Source: Octopus sinensis
Lineage: Eukaryota
Length of the DNA stretch: 64,000 nt
Reading direction: 5' to 3'
NCBI RefSeq assembly: GCF_006345805.1
Contig: NC_043001.1
Coordinates: 121,520,001 to 121,584,000 of the forward strand
The notes beneath the pieces were generated by a model. The model did no database searches. It had not been told where the DNA came from and saw nothing but the letters and a program-made list of their open reading frames with translations. Numbering within the stretch: the first letter of the stretch is position 1; each line of letters begins with the position of its first letter. Shown here in pieces: positions 35,501-47,100 of this stretch. The position numbers and the translations under genes are program-made.

Positions 35501-38500
35501 ACTGCACAGCACCTTGGATAAGAGTCTTCTACTATAGTTCTGGACTGACCAAAGCCTTACAAGTGGATTTGGTAGACAGAAACTGAAAGCAGCATGGTGT
35601 GTATGTGTGTGTGTATTACTGTCTCCTAGCCCTAACATCAAATGATAGTAGTAAATGAGATTCACCATCATGCAAGCAGTGTTCTGCACAGTGCCAGCAC
35701 CTATCAAATATAAAGAACAAACAACTTACTTTAAGTCTGTACAGGTGATTGTCTTGGCCCTGCAATGTTCCCAACACAGCATCCAAGTACTCTAGAGTAA
35801 CAGCAACAGCTTCTTCTAATTTGTCAAAACTAATATATAAACGTATTAATTCTGCAACATCTAGGGTCTGTGAAGAAAAACAACAAAAATGAAATTAGCA
35901 TCTTACCACAATTTGGGATAAAGTGTAGAGATTTTGTTTTTGGATTTGGTTTGCAAGATTCTTTATGTGAGTTCGTGTGTTGAAACATATTCTGTTGTGT
36001 CTGGGGAGAGTCATTTTCTTTTTGTGCCTTATAATTTAACACATTCACCGGTAAAATTTCCACTTATTTCTTATTTTTATTTTCCTAAAATTTTCGTTGC
36101 GTCTTGCAACCTTTTCAATAGTCTTGACTTAAATTATAAGGCACAAAAAGAAAATGACTCTCCCCAGACACAACAGAATGTAGAGATTTTGATAAGATTG
36201 TTACAAATGTTATCGCAATGCTAGAAATTTTATAAGGAAAGGACAAGTTGTACCAACTCCAGTACTTGTCTGAGACTTATTTTATCAACTCAAAAGGATT
36301 AAAAACAAAGTCAGCATCATTGGAATCTGAATTAGAATGTAAAGAGCCAAAAGAAATGTGTTGCTAAGCATTTAGCCAATGTACTAGAGTGAATTCTTCA
36401 GCCCTAATCACATGGAACAACATCTCAAATGGCACAATAAAATGTACACACTGTAAAGCTGATGATAGGGAAGACATCCAACTGCAGAAACCAAGCACAA
36501 AATGTAACATATGAGTGATATGTGGAATCTAAAAGCTGAACTGGAGGTTACCTGTCTAGGAGAGCAATAAATGCAAATAAGAACTGATACAAGGTAGGGG
36601 AGAGACTCTTTAGCCCTCCTCACATAGGACTATCACCAGTGTTGGTGACACAGTAAAATGAGACTAAGGAATACACAACACCAAAGTCTCCTAGTTTTCT
36701 GTCATTATGAGTTCAAGCTAATGCAGACCATGATGACCCAACCAATCCACTGTAGCATGGAAAAATGTAAGTACTGTAAATCTTCGAGTATAGTCCACCC
36801 TTGAGTATAATACGCAGGGGATTTTTTTAGGGGGTTGTACTTCTGAAAAACCCAAACCTTGTGTATAATACGCACCCCTTCTCTAACTTGAGTCGTGCAT
36901 AATTAAGCCAGCAGCACCTAGTTGAACAAACACTTCCGCACATGTGTAATACAATAATGGTGATGTTCTTAACTGTTATATGGGAATGTAAATATGTATG
37001 CAAATTATTTTTGTTACATGTTATTCTGTGTTCTGAATACTTCTATTTTAATAAATGTTGTTTACTGCAAGTTATGGATGATTCTTTTATGACTTCATTG
37101 CTTTCAGGCTTAGCTTAAGGTATTTTCCAGCCCTACATCACAAAATGCGTCGGAATAAACATTGCCGGACAGCAAATAGACTCGGACATTGCTTAGAAAA
37201 TAATTTTCATTTTTAACCTCGTATATAGTACACACCAGGGATTTTCACCTTTAAATTTTGGGGGAAAAAATGTGGATTATACTTGAGGATTTACAGTAAA
37301 ATGATGACAGCGATGAAAACTGTTCATACATAATGAGCAAATGACATTAATAATATGTAAGTTAGTGTTAATATTTAATGCAAGGAGCATTAATAAGCCA
37401 AAAGAAATACCTCAAAGCACCCTGAGAATTGAAAGATTCTGCCATTTTACTGATCGAGACTGGTATTTTATTAGCCCCCAAAATGATGTAAAATAAATTT
37501 GATTAAGGTAGGATTTGAAATCAGAATTACACAAAAAAAAAAAAAATTTATAGCACCAGGCATTTTGTTTAGCAAACAATTTTACCATTTTGTCATGCTA
37601 AATGCAGGGACTGTTAAAAAAATATAAGATGAAGGAGGTATTTATTGAGAGGATGAGAGAGGTGAACAATAAAAATTGAAAACAATTAAGAGCACTCATA
37701 CCTTGTAAGGATTTACAAACCAGGTAGGCAGTTGGTAGTTATGAGAAAGCAGTTTTATTGCAGTACAGCGATGATAACGGGCATTTGGTTCTTCATATTT
37801 ACTCAAGTAAGTTTTTAATAACAGCCAAGCTTGGTCAGACGCACTATAAAAAAAAAACAATAATGATGATGATGATGATCTTTTCTACTCTAGGCACAAG
37901 GCCTGAAAGTTTTGGGGAGGGGGTTAGTCGATTAGATCAACCCCAGTATGGAACTGGTACTTAAGTTATCAACCCTGAAAGGATGAAAGGCAAAGTAAAA
38001 TGAAAGTGGAATTTGAACTCAGAACATAAAGACATTTTGCCCGGCATTGCTAATGTTTCTGCCAGCTCACTGCCTGGATGAGGATGATAATAATAATAAT
38101 AATAATAATTAATAATAATCAATAATAATTAATTAATAATTAACAATAATAATTATAATTCTTTCTACTGGAAGCACAAGGCCTCAAATTTGGGAGAAGA
38201 GATTAAGTCAATTACATCAACTCCAGTGTGTAACTGGTACTTATTTAATTGACCCCAAAAGGATGAAAGGCAAAGTTGACCTCAGCGGAATTTGATCTCA
38301 GAACAGCTGCAGACGAAATACCACTAAGCATTTTGCCTGGCGTGCTAAAGATTCTGCCAGTTCGCCGCCTAAATAATAATAATAAGGATAACCGTTTTTA
38401 ACCCAGGCATTTGGTGGAAGGAATAGTTGATACAATTGGCTCCCATTTTACTTGCCTCAACAGGTTTTCGCAAGCAGAGTTTAGTGTCCAATGAAGGAAA

Positions 38501-41098
38501 GGTACGTATAAGTGGGCTGGTTAAACCCCTGGCATAGGCCATGGGTTATGGTCTCACTTGGCTTGCCGGGTCTTCTCAAGCACAGCATACTTCCAAAGGT
38601 CTCAGTCACTAGTCATTGCCTCAGTGAGGCCTAATGTTCGAAGGTCATGCTTCACAACTTCCTGAGTCTATCCCTTCCACAGGTTCCCTCAAACGCTGGG
38701 GTGTGGCACCTTATCGCACAGCTATCCTCATCCATTCTTGCCACACGACCATACCAGCGCATAAGCAATGTGTTAGTAGATAGCTGGTGGTACTGAAAAA
38801 AGGGTAATAACTCTTGAAATATACATATACCCACTTAACCTATTTTTCTATCTTCAATCACATAATTTACATCAACATATTCATATACAAAACATTGTAA
38901 CATACAGTGATACCTCTGAATTCTATAGAAAAATCTATAGTTTATCACTTTCCACCAAAACTACTTCATTTTAATAAATGATGATGATGACGATATACAT
39001 ATATAAAATCATTTAAGAAACACAGTATATATTTTTTGTTTATCAAATATTCTTACCATTATGGAACAGTACACTATAGAATTTTGGATAATTCTTTATT
39101 AGCGTTTTCATTTGTTCAGTCAAAGTCTTGAAGAGTTCAACTGAGTGAATGAAAACACTAATAAAGAATTATCCCAAATTCTGACTGCCGCCTCCTTCTT
39201 AATCTACAATATCTGTACTCCACTTCAAATACACACACACACACTCTCTCTCTCTCTATCTATCTATATATATACAAAATTTAGAGGACTGACACTAAAA
39301 GTGGACAGCCTGTATGCTAGATATAGACGTCAAAATCACCATTTTCTACGAAGAATGTGTTCTCAAGAAAGAATTCAGCAAAAAACCAAAGTGTAAAAAT
39401 GTAAAACTTTTTACACTTTGGTTTTTTGCTGAATTCTTTCTTGAGAACACATTCTTCATAGAAAATGGTGATTTTGACGTCTATATCTAGCATACAGGCT
39501 GTCCACTTTTAGTGTCAGTCCTCTAAATTTTGTATGTAAAAAAATTTTTAATCTTCGGATTTCTTTTAAAATATGCTAGACTACTGGTTTTAATTGATTA
39601 ATATCAATTTCTACCCTTATTTAATTTTATATATATATACACACACATATATAGTCTAAATAACCATACAACTAACTTTTGTTGTCATCATCATCATCAT
39701 CGTTTAACGTCCGCTTTCCATGCTAGCATGGGTTGGACGGTTCAACTGGGGTCTGGCAAGCTCGAAGGCTGCACCAGGCCAGTCAGATCTGGCAGTGTTT
39801 CTACAGCTGGATACCCTTCCTAACGCCAACCACTCCGAGAGTGTAGTGGGTGATTTTATGTGCCACTGACACAGGTGCCAGATGAGGCTGGCAGACAGCC
39901 ACGCTCGGATGGTGTTTTTATGTGCCACCGACACAGGTGCCAGACGAGGGCCTCGTTGTATGGTTGTAAATTCAACAACAAAAGAAATAACAGGAGTCCA
40001 TGAAAATCCTGGAATTAACACTTACCTACATACTTTCGTAGTTAAAACCTGAGATATCTCATTTTCTTTCAGCCATTGCCAAGCATTTTCTGTTATGTTT
40101 TCATCTCCACTGTCAGATTCACACAGGGACAAAGTCACACATCTGCAAGGAATGGAAAACAAAAATATATATCATTCATTGTACATCTGCTTTTCCTTAT
40201 TTTGCTTTCATTTGTGGGTAATACATAGTATAACAAAAGAATATTTCCAAAAATAACTCAATTGTATGCATGTATGTAGTGTGCGTGTGCGTGTATTATG
40301 GTAGCAATAAACATGAAGAAGACAAAACAGGAGATACAAGTTTAACCCTTTAGCATTTAAACCGGCCATAAGTATTCTGCCTGTTTTATGTTCAAAATGG
40401 CCAGATCTGGTCTCTCACACCAACCCTACAAAATCGTTTTAAAAATTAACAGCTACCTCATCAAAATCTCATAACTACAAGATAATGCATGATTAGTTCA
40501 AAACAATATGGATAAAAAAGCATTAATTTTGGCAGAATAATGCAAACACTAAAGGGTTAAACAAGTGCTGCACTAGTTAAACATTTAAAATGGAAACAGT
40601 TTTGATGTTTTGGACACAAGTCCTTCATCAGGAGAAAATAACATTGGAAGGTGAATAAGAAAAAGTTATTGGAAGGAAAAATGGCAAGAGGTTAGGATCA
40701 GGTGGGAATGCGATTTAATGGGGGTGAGTTAAAGATGGAGGAAGAGTGGGTGTGTGTGTGTGTGTGTGTGTGTGTTCTTTTCTTTTATTTGTTTCAGTCA
40801 TTTGACTGCAGCCATGCTGGAGCACTGCCTTTAGTCGAGCAAATCAACTCCAGGACTTATTCTTTGTAAGCCTAGTACTTATTCTATCGGTCTCTCTTGC
40901 CAAACCGCTAAGTGACGGGGACGTAAACACACCAGCATCGGTTGTCAAGCGATGTTGGTGGGAGGGGACAAACACAGACACACAAATACGCGCATATATA
41001 TACATATACAACGGGCTTCTTTCAGTTTCCGCCTACCAAATCCACTCACAAGAATGAACCCGGAACCATGTGGTTGGTAAGCAAGCTACTTACCACAC

Positions 41099-41160
<62 letters not shown>

Positions 41161-44100
41161 TATATAGAGAAAGAGAGAAAATATATTATGTGGTTTAGAC
41201 ACAAGAGCACGATGCATCTCTTGGATTCATACCAGACTGGAACATGGACAATAAATGATGATAATCTTTCTCTCTCACAAACACACACAAAAAAATGTAT
41301 AATTAACAACAAAGATAAATTTGAAGGAATACTTATTTTATCAACACTGAAGTAAACTTTTCTCTAACAGAATTTGAACCCAAAGAAAAGATGATTGAAA
41401 TACTCCAGGCCATCTGGTGAATTTATGGATAATATTCATACACGTAAAAGTATGAAATGAATAAAATCGCTCCCAAAGAGGGAGTCACTTATAGAACAAA
41501 AACCATAGCATCCCAAAACAATATTCTTTTATTTTTTTACTTGTTTCAGTCATTTGACTGTGGCCATGCTGGAGCACCGCCTTTAGTTGAGCAAATCGCC
41601 CCCCAGGACTTATTCTTTGTTAGCCTAGTACTAAATCTATTGGTCTCTTTCGCCAAACCGCTAAGTAACGGGAACGTAAACACACCAGCATCGGTTGTCA
41701 AGCAATGTTGGGGGGACAAACACACACACATACATATATATGACGGGCTTCTTTCAGTTTCTGTCTACCAAATCCACTCACAAGGCTTTGGTAGGCCCGA
41801 GGCTATAGAAGAAGACACTTGCCCAAGGTGCCACGCAGTGGGACTGACCCAGAACCATGTGGTTGGTAAGCAAGCTACTTACCACACAGCCACTCCTACA
41901 CCTATAGATATATTCATAAATACAGGCAAATAAAACATGGTTTACCGTAAAGCCAAATTTTCAAACACTGGATTTAAGGGTAGATCGTATGCTTTGCAAA
42001 TAATGATAGCTCTGTCAAAAAGTCCAACACTGACTAATATACCAATCATTTCATCAGGTTGTATGGCAGGGCCTGCAAAAGAGAAAATAAAAAAAAACTC
42101 ATACATTGCTTAATATAACAACTTTGCACAATACCATAAGAAAAGGATGTCATTCAAAATTACTTACAAAAGTAGTACAAAAAGATTTTCACAAGGTCAA
42201 TCCCCTAAGTTGTTGAATCCAAGTCAAGAGTGGTCGAACAGATCTATAATCAACAGCATTTCAACCATGACTGTCTTGTCCGTTTATTCTGCTGAGCAAT
42301 CCCAGGGTTACATTAATGAAATATTAGAATGATTTGCCTGCTATTTCTAGGAGATCAGCTGTTCCCAGCATTTTACCATTACGACACATTCTAGTACGTT
42401 CTCTACAACTGCTTGATTACTATACATCTAATAATTAAGGCGGCAAGCTGGCAGAATCGTTAATACGCCGGGCAAAATGCTTAGCGGTATTTCGTCTGCC
42501 GTTACATTCTGAGTTCAAATTCCGCCGAGGTCAACTTTGCCTTTCATTCTTTCGGGGTTGATAAATTAAGTACCAGTTACACACTGGGGTCGATGTAATC
42601 GACTTGATCCGTTTGTCCCCTATATGTTTAGCCCCTTGTGGGTAGTAAAGAAATAGGTATTTCGTCTGCCACTACATTCTGAGTTCAAATTCCGCCGAGG
42701 TCCACTTTGCATTTCATCCTTTTGGGGTCGATAAATTAAGTACCAGTTGCTCACTGGGGTTGATGTAATCTACTTAATCTTTTTGTCTGTCCCTGTTTGT
42801 CCCCTCTGTGTTTAGCCCCTTGTGGGTAGTAAAGAAATATATATAAATATAATAATTAGCTTATGTGTTTGTTCACAGTGGTGCTAATGATATGCTGAAG
42901 TGGGAAGCTTCCACGTTGGTTTGGCTTGGACAGTTCAAAAGGTCAGACAAATCAAAGAACTGTGTCAGGCTCTAATATCTGTTTTAGTGTTGCTTCAATG
43001 GCTGGATTTTCTTCCTAATGCCAACAAAATCACAAACTGTACTGGGTGCATTTCTCTGGTACCAGGACAACTAAACATTGCCTTGCAACTTGAAAGGTCA
43101 AGGACCTAAAATAGAGCTAACTCACAGCAACACAATAACCAAAAATCAATCCTTACTGCACAAGAACTGAGCATACTCAGTTCTGTGAACATGCACCTGA
43201 AACACAGGCACCAAGCTAACTCATTTTTAATAGGCATAGGAGTGGCTGTGTGGTAAGTAGTTTGCTTATCAACCACATGGTTCTGGGTTCAGTCCCACTG
43301 CGTGGCACCTTGGGCAAGTGTCTTCTTCTATAGCCTCGGGCCGCCCAAAGCCTTGTGAGTGGATTTGGTAGACAGAAACTGAAAGAAGCCCATTGTATAT
43401 ATGCATATGTATAAGCTTGTGTATGTATGTGTATATATGTTTGTCTCCTCAACATCGCTTGACAACCGATGCTGGTGTGTTTACGTCACCGTAACTTAGC
43501 AGTTCAGCAAAAAAGACCGATAGAATAAGTACTAGGCTTATAAAGAATAAGTTCTGGAGTCGATTTGCTCGACTAAAAGGCAGTGCTCCAGCATGGTCAC
43601 AGTCACATGACTGGAAAAAGTAAAAGAGTGGGATACCTTCTGGAGTTCTCCATATTTCATATGACATAGTACACACATCTTATTTTTGATGGCCCATAAA
43701 AAGAGGTTGTGAGAACTGATTTGTATATGATTAGTGAGTTACAATCACCAGCAAAAATTTAATCAGTGCAGTGAGGCATCCAGCCATAAAAACCATACCA
43801 AGATAGACCTTGCTGGTTCTGGTGGTGATGTCACATGTAAAGCACCCAATTTTCTCCGTGAAGTGATTGGTATCGGGAAGGGCATCCAGCCATAAAAGTC
43901 ATGCTAAACTAGTGAAGCTTGGTGCAGTCCTCTGGCTTGCCAGCTCCTGTCAAACTGTGCGGCCCATGCCAGCATGGAAGACGGACATTAAATGATGACG
44001 ACGGTGGTGGTGATGAGAGGTTTTACACAAACACCCGACTCAAGAAGTTAAACCCGATAAAATATTCTTTACCTGATGCTATCATTAGATCTGCATCTTT

Positions 44101-47100
44101 TTTAATTAAACGTAGACGAGCATCCACAAGAAGGTATTCTTTCTCCAGATCTTCTATTGTAACTATCTGAAGTTGTCGTTTCGGAGCTGAGAAAGAAAAT
44201 GAAACAGTAGATCAATGACATGAAATATCAAGAGGGTATCTGAAACTGAAAATTTAAAAATATACAATTTATGATATCGTTTAATAATAAAAACAAAGCA
44301 AAATGTAAACCTTTTTTGCTCAATACATGTTTTATGTGTTTTTGGTCAGTGCCCTAAACATCAGTTCAAGCCAATGTTACTTTTTGACCTCCTAGATATA
44401 GCAGCTGAATCTGCATCATATCAAATGTAAATGCATTTGAAGGTCACTTAAATATTTCTACAAAGGGAAACAGAAATACACAAACTTACATATATACAAC
44501 AGGCTTCTTTCAGTTTCCACCAACCAAATCCAATCATAAGGCTTTCGGTAGCCCAGTCTATAGTGGGAAACACTTGCCAAAGATGCCAGGCAGTGGGACT
44601 GAACCCAAAACCATGTGGTTGGTTGGGAAGCTAACTTCTTAGTCATACAGCCATGCTTGTACCTATATATATTTTACACTTGTTTCAGCCATTAGACTGT
44701 GGTCATGCTGGAGCATCAACTTGATGAATTTTTAGTTGAATGAATTGACCCCAGAACTTATAAGCATGGTACTTCTCTTATGCCAAAATACTATGTTACA
44801 GGGATGTAAACAAACCAACACCAGTTGTCAAGCTGAACCATGATACATAGCAGCGAAACTTGGACTGTGACCACTGAGGACATGCGTAGGCTTGAAAGAA
44901 ATAAAGCTAATATGTTTCGGTGGAGGTGCAATGTCAGTGTGCACATAGGATTAGAGTGGCGAGATGACTGTGCTGGTATGGCCATGTGATGCGTATGGAT
45001 GAGGACAACTATGCAAAGAAGTGCCAATTTCTACGTGTAGAGGGAACCTGTGGAAGAGGTAGGCCCAGGAAGACATGGGATGAGGAGATGAAGCATGATC
45101 TTTGAATGTTGAGCCTCACAGAGACAATGAAAAGTGACAGACTTTTGGGGATATACCATGCTTGAGAAGACTCAAGCCAAATGAAATCATAGTCATGGCC
45201 GATGCCAGAGTCATGTAAATGGTACCTATGTCAGTGATACATAAAAGAACCCATGCCGGTAGCATGTTAAAAGCACCCATCACACTCTTGGGGTGGTTGG
45301 CATTAGGAAGGGCATCCAGCCATAGAAACCATGCCAAATCAAACTGGAACCAGGTGCAGCTCTTTGGCTTACAAGTTCCAGTCAAACCATCTAACCCAGG
45401 AGATCTCAACTGGGGACCATATAAGATTTTTGGGGTCAGCACAACAAAATAATAAATTCGGGATCCATAATAGTATTTTAAGGGTCCCTGAAAAAATTTT
45501 CCCTTAGATGTATGTATTGGTACATATTTTAAGAAACAGATTTCTTTCTCAAACATTTTACACAGTTCAGCCTACATAAGTTAATGTAAGAAAAGCAAGA
45601 TAGGAATTTGGAAAGAAATTACTATAAAACTAGCTTTTAAACATCAAATTACAATTGGGGTTCACCAGAATGAAATAGTAACCAAAGGAATCTATAACAG
45701 TATTTTAAGGGCCCCTGAAAAAATTTTGCTTTATATGTATGTATTGGAAGAAACAGCAAGGTTTTTTTTCTGTTTTACACAATTCGACCTACACAGGTTA
45801 ATGAGTGAAAAATAAAATAGGAATTTTGAAAGAAATTTCTATAAAAATAGTTTATAAACATCAAATGGCTATGGGGGTCCACCTGAATAAAATAGAAATC
45901 AAAGGGGTCCATTGATAAAAAATGGTTGAGAACCCCTGATCTAACCCATACCAGCGTGGAAAGCAGACACTAAATGATGACGAAATCCACTCATTGGGCT
46001 TTGGTTGGCCCAAGGCTATAGCAGAAGACACTTGCCCAAGGTGTCACGCAGTGGGACTGAACCCAGAACAATATGGTTCTGGGTTCTTACTCTCAGCCTC
46101 ATATAAATAAAGCTTACCATCTGTCTCTATTTTCTCTTCACCATCAAGATAATGTTTTGGAGAAGTTCCTTCTTCAGGTGCCTGAAAAAAAAAAAAAACA
46201 TTTTAGTTAACATGAGAGAATTAAGGTCATTAATTCCAACTATTAAAAACAAAATCACATCATTTATAGCATGTAAAGAAAATGGTGTTGTAGGAGTGTA
46301 CGCAGCTTGTGTACTACAGCAGTACTATGCATAGCTTAAATACTGAGATTGAAAAGCAGGGGCAAATTATGCCTACCTAATCTACAAAAAAATAAAATAT
46401 TTTGCATTTTATGCTTAGTAATCAGACAAACTTTCGTAATTTTATTGAATTTGGTGCATATTTTGCCATAAAAGGAAAATGTTGCTATCGATCTATTTTA
46501 TTCAAGGTAGGCACATCCCTGGTACGTACGTATGTATGTGTGTGTGTGTTTGTGTGCGTGTATGTGTGTATGCATGTGTGTATGTATGTATTCCTGTGTG
46601 TATGTATGTGTGTATGTATGTATGTACGTTGTGTGTATGCATGTATGTGTGAATGTATGAATATACTTTATCTTGTGAGATTAATGAACAGTCTGAAATT
46701 TACACATAATCCACTTACTGGGTGAGTTAAACGATTTGGTATAGGCTTCACCACCCAAGCATATTCTGGCTTCGCCAACCGTAAGGCATGCATAGCAGCC
46801 AAATAACACTGAACTTGGCGTTGAAGACCACGAACCCCTGGGAGTTCTTGCCCCAGTCGCAGACCTTGTTCATACATTACATTGCCAGCTGAAAATATTT
46901 AGAAAACAAATGAAATAGAAAACAACTTGTAGCAGGAAACATATTTTAAGAAATTTAGTGCCCACATTTTCTCCTTAACCCTTTCAATACCAACCCAGCT
47001 GAAACCGGCTCTGGCTCTGTAGTACAAATGTCTTGTTTTCATAAGTTTTGAATTAAAATGTTTCACCAAACCTTAGTCACAATTTATGTTCCTAACACTA

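Noticed and set aside
39056-39140. Apparent extra NUP160 exon (cag acceptor, GTAAG donor, ELFKTLTEQMKTLIK...)
   Set aside because: It reads open as phase 1-1 inside a phase-2 intron; flanking exons already join to match Nup160; it overlaps a repeat hairpin.
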